This document shows positions 48,741 through 56,784 of a stretch of 59,321 nt of DNA, in pieces. A model generated the notes under the pieces. The model was not told where the DNA came from. It worked only from the letters and a program-made list of their open reading frames with translations, and searched no databases. Position numbers and translations under genes: made by a program. The DNA is taken from positions 1 through 59,321 of the IMG/VR virus record IMGVR_UViG_3300022719_000028. One strand, written 5' to 3'. This DNA is from a virus. Position 1 is the first letter of the stretch, and every line of letters starts with the position of its first letter.

Positions 48741-49355
48741 ATGGCGCTTTTCACTCTCGCGGAACTGAAAACATATCTCAACATTGACGGAACCGATGAA
48801 GATGAACAACTTCAATTCATCGTTGACGGCGTGAATGCTGCGGTTGTTGAACAGTTGGAACGTGAGATTGAAAGCGCCGAAGCGACGGAATACTACGATG
48901 GTCACGATGAAAAACTTTTGATGTTAAGGCGGCGGCCCGTTACGGCCGTTGCGGGCGTTTGGGTCGATCCCACCGGATACGCCGGGCAAGGATCCAACGC
49001 ATTCGCATCAACAACGGAATGGACGCAAGGCACGGATTTCTTTATTCGCGAAACGGAAGAATCCGAAGACAACGGCGGGATTCTGGAAGCCATTGCGCGG
49101 GCATGGCCGTTCGGTCGGAAGAATATCAAAATCACTTATACGGCGGGTTATGCAACCGTTCCGGATGATCTGAAACTTGCGTTGTTGAAGACGGCGGCGA
49201 TTGCCCGGAAAAAGATCGATATCGTTGGGGATATCACCGGGGAATCAATCGGTTCATATTCTTATTCGGTTGCGCAAAACGTTTCAACCGATCCTTTGTT
49301 GTCAGAGGTTGCGGCGGTTCTTTCACATTACGCGGAAAAAACGATTGGCTTTTGA
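48741..49355 (+). CDS. head-tail connector protein (gp6-like)
   Basis: LAELKTYLNIDGTDEDEQLQFIVDGVNAAV is the typical gp6-like N-terminus. Confidence 0.65.
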   Translation: MALFTLAELKTYLNIDGTDEDEQLQFIVDGVNAAVVEQLEREIESAEATEYYDGHDEKLLMLRRRPVTAVAGVWVDPTGYAGQGSNAFASTTEWTQGTDFFIRETEESEDNGGILEAIARAWPFGRKNIKITYTAGYATVPDDLKLALLKTAAIARKKIDIVGDITGESIGSYSYSVAQNVSTDPLLSEVAAVLSHYAEKTIGF

Positions 49356-49358
49356 TCG

Positions 49359-49718
49359 ATGTCTTTTAATTCGATGCTGAAACACAAATGCACGATCTTT
49401 CGACCGAATGACACCTACGATTCGGGCGAACTTGTGAAGGATACGCCAACGACCGTAAAAACAAATCAAAAATGTTTGCTTCAAGAAAAACCGGGCATGA
49501 TCGTTCATCATGAATCGGGGCAAGAATTGAAGTTTGATGCAACGCTTTTCCTTCCAAAGAACACGGATATCAAACCGCAAACCGGCGATGATGTGAACGA
49601 TTCAATACAAATGACGGGCAACAAATCCGGATATTATGAAGTTGTTTGGGTGGGCGATATTTCCGGGCAAAATCATCATCTTGAAGCAAAGTTGAAACGA
49701 ATTAAAAAGATCGATTGA
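49359..49718 (+). CDS. head-closure / head-tail adaptor protein
   Basis: Size, position, and the LKHKCTIFRPN start typical of SPP1 gp16-like proteins. Confidence 0.55.
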   Translation: MSFNSMLKHKCTIFRPNDTYDSGELVKDTPTTVKTNQKCLLQEKPGMIVHHESGQELKFDATLFLPKNTDIKPQTGDDVNDSIQMTGNKSGYYEVVWVGDISGQNHHLEAKLKRIKKID

Positions 49719-49720
49719 AC

Positions 49721-50218
49721 ATGAAAGCTGAATTCGGAAATCAATTGATTCAGGATACCGAACAACTCGCGTTGCGCTTGGGAACATGGGGAAAGCATAC
49801 GGCGATGAACGCGCAAAAGATCTTGCGAATCATCGGCGTTGATTGGCGGGATAGGGCAAAAGAGCGCGTTCCGGTTTCCAATACCGAAAACACCGGGCGG
49901 CTTGAACGTTCGATCTTTTCCAACGTTTACAAAAGCGGCGTTCACGCGCTGACGTTGGAAGTTGGATCCAATATGGAATACGCGGTTTTTGTTGAGTTCG
50001 GAACGCGATACATTGCCGGCGGCGATGTTATGGCGCTCGGCTTCGGCCCGGAAGTTACCGACGCGGAAGCGGTTGAAGAATGGCAAGCGAAATCGGAAAG
50101 AACGCAAGGCGGTTCGATGTCGAATGATCAGCAAATGCCGTGGCTTCGGCCGGCTTGGTTCGCGATTGAAAAACGGGCGCTTGGGATGCTGGCAGATATT
50201 CACGAACCGCCGGAATAG
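49721..50218 (+). CDS. HK97 gp10-like tail-attachment protein
   Basis: RAKERVPVSNTENTGRLERSI ... EVGSNMEYAVFVEFGT. A TTG alternative start lies at 49715. Confidence 0.6.
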   Translation: MKAEFGNQLIQDTEQLALRLGTWGKHTAMNAQKILRIIGVDWRDRAKERVPVSNTENTGRLERSIFSNVYKSGVHALTLEVGSNMEYAVFVEFGTRYIAGGDVMALGFGPEVTDAEAVEEWQAKSERTQGGSMSNDQQMPWLRPAWFAIEKRALGMLADIHEPPE

Positions 50219-50230
50219 GGGGCGGCATCA

Positions 50231-50680
50231 ATGGCCGATTACGATTTAGATTCAATGCTGAAAGCGATTGTTGACGCATACAATGCGGATGCAACGCTTG
50301 TTTCATTGCTTGGCGGGGCGCAATCCGTTTGGACGGAACAACCGCAAACCGATGTTTCATATCCGATGATTTATATGCGGTTTTCTCAGTTGAGCGCATC
50401 CGATATCACCGTTGGCGGGAAGCTTTACCGGGGCGAAGTTCGGCACGAAATTTTCGCAAAGAAGCCTTCAGCGGCCGTAAAGATCGCAACATACCTTGCA
50501 CAAAAATTCAAAATACCGGAAGCTTTACCGGCGGGAATAAGTTCAAGCGAATTCGACTTGACGATTTTCCGTGAATCAAACTCTTTCGCTATGCCGGGCG
50601 CTGTCAAACCGATATGGGGAAGCGAAAGTTTGAACATGCACATTTCAAACTTTGATTGCCGGATTGTCGGCAAACAGTAA
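50231..50680 (+). CDS. tail completion/terminator protein candidate
   Basis: Called by position and size (149 aa). Confidence 0.45.
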   Translation: MADYDLDSMLKAIVDAYNADATLVSLLGGAQSVWTEQPQTDVSYPMIYMRFSQLSASDITVGGKLYRGEVRHEIFAKKPSAAVKIATYLAQKFKIPEALPAGISSSEFDLTIFRESNSFAMPGAVKPIWGSESLNMHISNFDCRIVGKQ

Positions 50681-50713
50681 ACACGTTCCCGGAAAAATGG
50701 AAGGAATTTAATT

Positions 50714-51223
50714 ATGTCAACTCCCAACGTTGATAATGTTCTTGGCGGGCCGGCAAAAATTCAACTTGCCGATGCGGATGTTGGTCACACTCAAGGCGGA
50801 ATGACGGTCACGATTTCACCGCAAACGCGGCCCGTTATCGTTGACCAATACGGTTCATCCGAAATTCAAATTCGGCATACCGGCGACAATGTGAGAGTTT
50901 CGGCGGCGTTCGCTGAATGGTCGGCCGATACCGTCAAAAACACTTACCACCTCGGAACCGATTCAACTTCGGGTTCGGCTGGCGCATATCTCGGAATCGG
51001 GGCAACCGCCGGCGCGTTGTACGGAACGCAAGATCTCAAAGTCATTCCGTTCTTGACTGCCGACGCGGCAAAGTTGATTCAGATGTTTGCGGCAACTCCT
51101 ATCGGAGAACTCGCAATCAACTTCAACAACGATGATGATCGGTTATTTGAAACCGAATTCGCTTGTTTGCTTGACGAAGCGCAAACAGACGGCGAATGGC
51201 ATGGCAAGATTTTCCTGAACTGA
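50714..51223 (+). CDS. major tail (tube) protein candidate
   Basis: Position upstream of the chaperone pair and tape measure. Strong AAGGAA RBS. Followed by a hairpin. Confidence 0.55.
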   Translation: MSTPNVDNVLGGPAKIQLADADVGHTQGGMTVTISPQTRPVIVDQYGSSEIQIRHTGDNVRVSAAFAEWSADTVKNTYHLGTDSTSGSAGAYLGIGATAGALYGTQDLKVIPFLTADAAKLIQMFAATPIGELAINFNNDDDRLFETEFACLLDEAQTDGEWHGKIFLN

Positions 51224-51257
51224 TTATTCTTTTTCGGGTGTGTGGAAGTTCGGAAAG

Positions 51258-51287
51258 GGAACGGGCCGTTGGCATGCGGCCCGTTCC
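51258..51287 (+). terminator. hairpin after the tail tube gene (weak terminator, no clear U-tract)
   Basis: GGAACGGGCCG 51258-51268 / CGGCCCGTTCC 51277-51287. Confidence 0.35.
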
Positions 51288-51313
51288 TTCATTAGAAAAC
51301 GAAAGGCGATTCA

Positions 51314-51715
51314 ATGGCCGATTCACGATTGCAATCAAGCGAACGTTCGCCGAAGCCGGCGTTTACTCAAAAGAAAAACAAAGCGGCGGAAGAAGCCGAA
51401 AAGCGGGTTGTTCAAACCGCGAAAAAGCTTCGCGATGCCGGGTTGAATATTGGCGATGATCTCGATCCGAAAGCGGTTGCGGAACTGCAAAGGCTTTATG
51501 CCGATTACCTGCGAACGCAACGCGGCAAACTGAAAGATGAACCGCGAATTGCATGGAAGGGATTCTTGCACGGCGTTCAGAACGGCGAAAAAACAAAGGC
51601 GTTGAATTCCCTCGAATCATTCGTTCAACTGATTTCGTTGGATCATAAGCTTGGGGAAGCGGCGAAAGCTTCAACAACGCAATCCACAACGACCGAAAAG
51701 AAGAAAAGCAAATAA
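51314..51715 (+). CDS. hypothetical protein (133 aa)
   Basis: GAAAGGCGATTCA-ATG RBS. Confidence 0.5.
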   Translation: MADSRLQSSERSPKPAFTQKKNKAAEEAEKRVVQTAKKLRDAGLNIGDDLDPKAVAELQRLYADYLRTQRGKLKDEPRIAWKGFLHGVQNGEKTKALNSLESFVQLISLDHKLGEAAKASTTQSTTTEKKKSK

Positions 51716-51764
51716 GCTTTTTTGATCCGGGAACTTTGAATTTTAATTTCTGAAAGGCGCAATC

Positions 51765-52319
51765 ATGGCGGAAGTAAGTAACGAAGTGGAAGAAACCAAA
51801 GAACAGGCACGGCCGCGAACGGTTGTTGTTCGCTTGGAATCGCCGGCGATGGAAGGCCGGGAAGTAACGATTGGCGTTGTCAAATACGGCCGTTGGAATG
51901 AGTTCAAAAAAGTTTTGACCGATCCGATGGTTTCGGCGATTACCGGCATCATGAAAACGATGATGGGCGGTTTCGAAGAAAACGAAAAAGGGCAAGAACT
52001 TTCGGATGCCGAAGTTCAAGAAAAGATTGCCGAAGCGCAGAAAACCGGCGGCGGCGATTTCATCGATATCTTGGATCCGGCTATCGGTTCAACTTTGGAA
52101 TCGCTTGACTCGGCAACTCCCGAAATCGTCAAGATGTGTTTGACGAAAGGGGAACTTCCGGAATCGTTCGATGAACTGGATGCGCTGGACGTTGCCAAGC
52201 TTCGGGAAGCCGTTGACGAAACCAACGATCTTGAAAAGTTGATGAACGCGGAAAAAAAGTTTTTGGCGCACACGTTGGGAACTCTAATCAACGTGATGAA
52301 CTCGATGACGGGGATCTAA
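51765..52319 (+). CDS. tail assembly chaperone (gpG-like)
   Basis: Acidic 184-aa protein upstream of the tape measure. Contains slip site A_AAA_AAG near its 3' end. Confidence 0.6.
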   Translation: MAEVSNEVEETKEQARPRTVVVRLESPAMEGREVTIGVVKYGRWNEFKKVLTDPMVSAITGIMKTMMGGFEENEKGQELSDAEVQEKIAEAQKTGGGDFIDILDPAIGSTLESLDSATPEIVKMCLTKGELPESFDELDALDVAKLREAVDETNDLEKLMNAEKKFLAHTLGTLINVMNSMTGI

Positions 52320-52837
52320 TCAATGAAGCGCCGGAAACTCACGGCATCGCTTTGATTGCCGGCGCTTATCATTGGTCATATTCCGAGATCTTTAATCTTC
52401 CCACCGATCGCGCCTTTGCGTTCGTTTATTGGATAAAAGAAGCCGAACGCGGCGAACAATTGTTTGCGTTGCAAGCGGCGGATTTTCCGTGGATGAAAAA
52501 GGCGGATCGGCGGATGATTCGCAATCGAATCGCTTCCAGCGGCGGCGGCCGCGTGAAAAAATCGGCATACGATTACGCCGATTCAGATGAAGAAATGTTG
52601 CGGATGATCGGCGATGCGCTGAAGACGGGCGGCGATGAATGGGCGCGGAAACATCCGAAACGCATGGCATGGATTCGCCGAAAAGGCTACACTCCGCAAG
52701 ATGCGATTGATGCCGTTGATGAATTCACGCAAGAGCGCTTAGAGATTTTGAAACGGCCGCGTTCGTTCAAAAGCGCAACCGGGAACGTTGGGGAAGTAAG
52801 CCGACAAGATGAAGATTTCGGAGACGCAAACAAATGA
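51765..52837 (+). CDS. gpGT-like -1 frameshift fusion product (slip at 52253-52259)
   Basis: The -1 frame is open from 52259 through the annotated ORF 52352-52837 (VFGAHVGNSNQRDELDDGDLINEAPETHGIA-LIAGAYHW...). Confidence 0.5.
52253..52259 (+). promoter_or_regulatory. -1 programmed ribosomal frameshift heptamer A_AAA_AAG
   Basis: The zero frame reads GAA AAA AAG TTT (E K K F). This is the classic X_XXY_YYZ slippery sequence. Confidence 0.55.
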
Positions 52838-53220
52838 GTTCAACGATCAAATTCGACAACGGCGCGGGAACTGTGATCAATATCACCGGGCCGGCCGGTC
52901 GAACGAATATCAATCATCTGGCGTTGTACGCAACCGGCATCAATGGGAATGGTGATCGTTGGTCATACAAATACAGTTCGCAAAAAAAATACCGATGGAA
53001 CATGACGTTGCCGAATCTGACGGCAACCATGAAAAATCAACTTGAGGATTTTTATTACAACACGGCTGACGGGCCAACAAATACTTTCACTTATACGCAT
53101 ACTGACGGAACCGAATACACTGGCGCAAGATTTGTGAATGATGATCTTCAATTCTCGCGCGTGAACGATAACGAATTTTCCGTTTCGATTGTGATTGAAC
53201 ACGAAACGCAACTAAGTTGA
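52834..53220 (+). CDS. hypothetical structural protein (128 aa)
   Basis: ATGA overlap. Beta-rich composition. Unusual position between the chaperone and tape measure genes. Confidence 0.45.
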   Translation: MSSTIKFDNGAGTVINITGPAGRTNINHLALYATGINGNGDRWSYKYSSQKKYRWNMTLPNLTATMKNQLEDFYYNTADGPTNTFTYTHTDGTEYTGARFVNDDLQFSRVNDNEFSVSIVIEHETQLS

Positions 53221-53292
53221 CCAACGCCGTTTTCCGGGAATGGCTTTGAGGCATAGGCGCAAACGGATCCGAAAAATCCGAAGGCCGAAAAT

Positions 53293-56200
53293 ATGTCTCG
53301 AAAAATTCATGAACTTCGCGGAATCCTTACGCTGAATTCAAAGGGATTCGTGAACGGCGTAAAAAAAGCCGTTGGGGCAACGAAAGAACTTCGGCAAGCT
53401 TGGGGCAAGGCTGGCAAAGATATCGGGCGGGCGGCCGTTCGGATGGGCGCGGCAACGGCTGGATTCGCCGGTTTCGCTGTAAAAGAATTCGCCGATTTTG
53501 AATCGGTTATGGTTCGCGTTCGCGGCGTTACCAATACGCTCGGAGAACAGGGGGCGAAATCTTTTAATCGGTTGGCGAAGCGCGCAAAAGAAATGGGCGC
53601 AACAACTCGATTCACCGCAACCGAAGCGGCGGAAGCGATGGAAAACTTGGGGCTTGCCGGGCTTGAAGTTCAAGAGATTTATGACGCATTACCGGGCGCG
53701 TTGCAATTGGCTTCGGCGGCGCAAGTTGATATTGCGACGGCGGCGGATGTTGCGGCGAAAACAATGCGTTCGTTCGGTCTGGAAGCAACGGATCTCGGAA
53801 GGATCAACGATACATTAGTTGGAACGTTCACGCGGGCGAATACCGATCTTCGGCAATTGGCGGAAGCAATCAAACCGGTTGGGCCGGTTGCGGCTTCTCT
53901 CGGCATCGAACTCGAAACCGTTACGGCTGCGCTCGCGAAACTTTCCGATGCCGGCTTTCAGGGAAGCGAAGCGGGAACCGCATTGCGAAACATTCTTTCG
54001 CGTTTCGCCGGGGCCGTTCCGGAAGTATCGGCGAAGCTTCGCAAGCTTGGCATCGATATCGAATACACCGATTCGGGCGCAATGGATTTCATTGCGACGA
54101 TGCGAAACATGGAAGCGGCCGGGTTGGAAGCCGGCGAAGTTATGGCGTTGTTCGGCATGCGTGGCGGGCCGGGAATGGCCGCATTGCTTCAAGTTGGAAC
54201 CGATGCACTTGCAGAGTTTGAAGCCGGTACGCGGGATCTGGAAGGCATTGCGAAGAAACTGGAACAGGCGCAATTGGATACGATTGCCGGTCAATTCGAT
54301 TTGTTGAAATCCGCAATTTCCGGCGTTGTTCTCGAAATCGGCGAAAGGCTTGCGCCGGTTACTCGAAACATGATGCAAAACTTCATGGAACTTACGCGGG
54401 AACAAGGCCCGCAAATGGCGCAAACGTTTGTTGATGCGGCGGAAGCTTTGGGCAAATTCGGGATGTCAGTTATTACTTGGCTTCGCGACAACAAACAAAT
54501 CGTTCAAGAGTTCGTTGGGGCGTTGTTCGGAATCGTTCGTTGGATCGGCGAATTCTTGGCGCAACATCCGCGATTGATGGTTGCGCTTGCGGCGTTCAAA
54601 ACTACCGGATTGCTTGGCATAAATCAGGCGATTGCTTCAACGCTTACGGCGCTCAAAGTTACCGTTTCGTTCATCTGGACTTCGCTAATTCCGGCGCTTG
54701 GGAAAGGGGCGGCGGCATTCTTCGCGATGGGTACGGCGGCGCAAGCGGCATGGGCGGCGGCAACTCTTGGGATTTCTTTGTTGATCGTTGGAATCATTAA
54801 GTTGATTCAGCATTTCGACAAAGTGAAAGCATACTTCAAAACGGGCGGCGGTTCGAAGATCTTCAAGCCGTTCATTGATGCGGCGATTCGCTTGCGGGAT
54901 ATCGTTGTAAACGCGGCGCAAAAAATCATCGCGGCTTTCACTCCGGTTGCAACAAAAATTTCAACGTTGATCCGAAACGATTTGCTTCCGGTTCTCAAAA
55001 GAATCGGCGCATCGGTTGAAGTCATATGGGGTTGGTTCAAAAAGCTTGGGGAATTGTTCGCCGAACTTGCGGGCGGGGCGTTCGATTTGATGCTGGGCGC
55101 GGCTTCCGAGTTGGCGGAAATCGGCTTTGTTGCGTTGGAAGTTGCGCTTGAAGCTTTGGTTTTGGCGTTGACGGCATTCGCGAAAGGCTTAGAAACCGCA
55201 ATCAACTTATTGCAAAAAGCGGTTGATCTGGCGAAAGAAGCTTTCACGTTGGGACTTGCCGAACCGGAACGAACGCGCGAATTGGATAAGCAAGTTGCGG
55301 CGTTGCAGGAACGATTGAAGGCGCGGGCGGCTGAAAACGCGGAAGCCGAAAAGCTTGCCGAGAACTTGAACAAAGCGGCGGAAGGGCAAGAAAAATTAAA
55401 TCAAAAAACTCAAGAGGGTAAAACGGCGGCGGATGAATTGGCCGCGCAAATTAAGCGGGGCGAAGTTGGCGGCGGAATGCCGGGCGCTGGCGGGGCCGGC
55501 GGCATGGGCGGGGCCGGCGGGGATCCGGCTGCAAATCAGGATCTTGCAAACAAGATTGCGGATGCGATTCAAGCGAAACGCGATATGCGTTTAGATTCCG
55601 AAGTTGCCGGAACAAGCGAATTGACGGGATTCATTCAACAGTTGATTCAGGCGCAAGGAACCGGGGCGCTTTCACCGGATCAAGTTGTTCAAAGCTTGGG
55701 GCAATACACCGCGAACATTCCGGGCGCAACTCCACAAGCTTCGGCGCAATTGGCGGCCGGGTTAAATCAGGCCGGGCAAAATGGAAATCTTACGCCGGAA
55801 CGAATTACGCAATTGGTTCAAACGTTTCTTTCGGGAATCCAAGAAACCGAAACCAAAATGCAAACGGCGAAAGAGGCAACGAAAAACTTGGGGCAACGCT
55901 TCCAAGAACTTCGCCAAAAATTCCCGAACATCGAATTGCAGGAACTCGGCACGAAGTTCGTCAACATCCGCAAAGCATTTATGCAAGGCAAGATTTCAAG
56001 CGAACAATTCGGAAAAGCAATGGAAGGCTTGAAGAAACAAACCGATGAAGCCGTTAAGGCGGCGAAGCGAAAAGAAATGCAAGAACGGCGCGAAATGATG
56101 ATGCGCGTTCTTTCAGGCCGGGCAACGCAAGCGGATCGCGAAGCGGTTGCGAGAATGCGAAACGCGCGTTCGATGGAAATCTTTGATCGTCAACTTGAAA

Positions 56201-56784
56201 ACGCTTTCAATAATTTCATCGGATTGAATCGGCAAGTTGGAAACGTGAACAACAACTTCCAGAATCTTTCGAATCAAATGCAAAACTTCGGGCAAGGTTT
56301 TCAAGGCGGGTTCGGCGGCGGCGCTGGCGGATTCGGCGGGTTCGGCGGGTTCGGCGGCGGCGGCGGGTATGGCGGTTATAACGTAGGAACGGGAAGCGGC
56401 GGCCCGACACAACAACAAATGATGCAAGCTTTGAATTCAACGGCCGGTCAAGTTGCGGCGGCATACGCGGAAATTCAAACGCTTCAAAATGCGTTGTTGT
56501 TCTTGGGGCCGAACTCGGAAAAATCGGAAGATATCGAAGGCCGGATTCAACAGTTGTTGAACCTCATTGCCGAAATCCAAAATCAACCACCGCAATTCGT
56601 TGGGCGTTCGGGCGATATTCCCTTTGAGGATCCCGGACTTGCCGAAGATGGAAGATCCGGGAACAATGGCACGCAAACGGTTACGGTTGAAGCGCCGAAT
56701 CTTACGCGGATGGGAAATCAGGAAGTTCAAGATCTCGCGGCGGCGATTCGCGAACTTGAACGCCGGGAAGGGCAATCGATATGA
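53293..56784 (+). CDS. tail tape measure protein
   Basis: 1163 aa. Ala/Leu-rich helical protein with hydrophobic central segments and a Gly-rich tract (GFGGGAGGFGGFGGFGGGGGYGGY). Canonical position. Confidence 0.85.
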   Translation: MSRKIHELRGILTLNSKGFVNGVKKAVGATKELRQAWGKAGKDIGRAAVRMGAATAGFAGFAVKEFADFESVMVRVRGVTNTLGEQGAKSFNRLAKRAKEMGATTRFTATEAAEAMENLGLAGLEVQEIYDALPGALQLASAAQVDIATAADVAAKTMRSFGLEATDLGRINDTLVGTFTRANTDLRQLAEAIKPVGPVAASLGIELETVTAALAKLSDAGFQGSEAGTALRNILSRFAGAVPEVSAKLRKLGIDIEYTDSGAMDFIATMRNMEAAGLEAGEVMALFGMRGGPGMAALLQVGTDALAEFEAGTRDLEGIAKKLEQAQLDTIAGQFDLLKSAISGVVLEIGERLAPVTRNMMQNFMELTREQGPQMAQTFVDAAEALGKFGMSVITWLRDNKQIVQEFVGALFGIVRWIGEFLAQHPRLMVALAAFKTTGLLGINQAIASTLTALKVTVSFIWTSLIPALGKGAAAFFAMGTAAQAAWAAATLGISLLIVGIIKLIQHFDKVKAYFKTGGGSKIFKPFIDAAIRLRDIVVNAAQKIIAAFTPVATKISTLIRNDLLPVLKRIGASVEVIWGWFKKLGELFAELAGGAFDLMLGAASELAEIGFVALEVALEALVLALTAFAKGLETAINLLQKAVDLAKEAFTLGLAEPERTRELDKQVAALQERLKARAAENAEAEKLAENLNKAAEGQEKLNQKTQEGKTAADELAAQIKRGEVGGGMPGAGGAGGMGGAGGDPAANQDLANKIADAIQAKRDMRLDSEVAGTSELTGFIQQLIQAQGTGALSPDQVVQSLGQYTANIPGATPQASAQLAAGLNQAGQNGNLTPERITQLVQTFLSGIQETETKMQTAKEATKNLGQRFQELRQKFPNIELQELGTKFVNIRKAFMQGKISSEQFGKAMEGLKKQTDEAVKAAKRKEMQERREMMMRVLSGRATQADREAVARMRNARSMEIFDRQLENAFNNFIGLNRQVGNVNNNFQNLSNQMQNFGQGFQGGFGGGAGGFGGFGGFGGGGGYGGYNVGTGSGGPTQQQMMQALNSTAGQVAAAYAEIQTLQNALLFLGPNSEKSEDIEGRIQQLLNLIAEIQNQPPQFVGRSGDIPFEDPGLAEDGRSGNNGTQTVTVEAPNLTRMGNQEVQDLAAAIRELERREGQSI

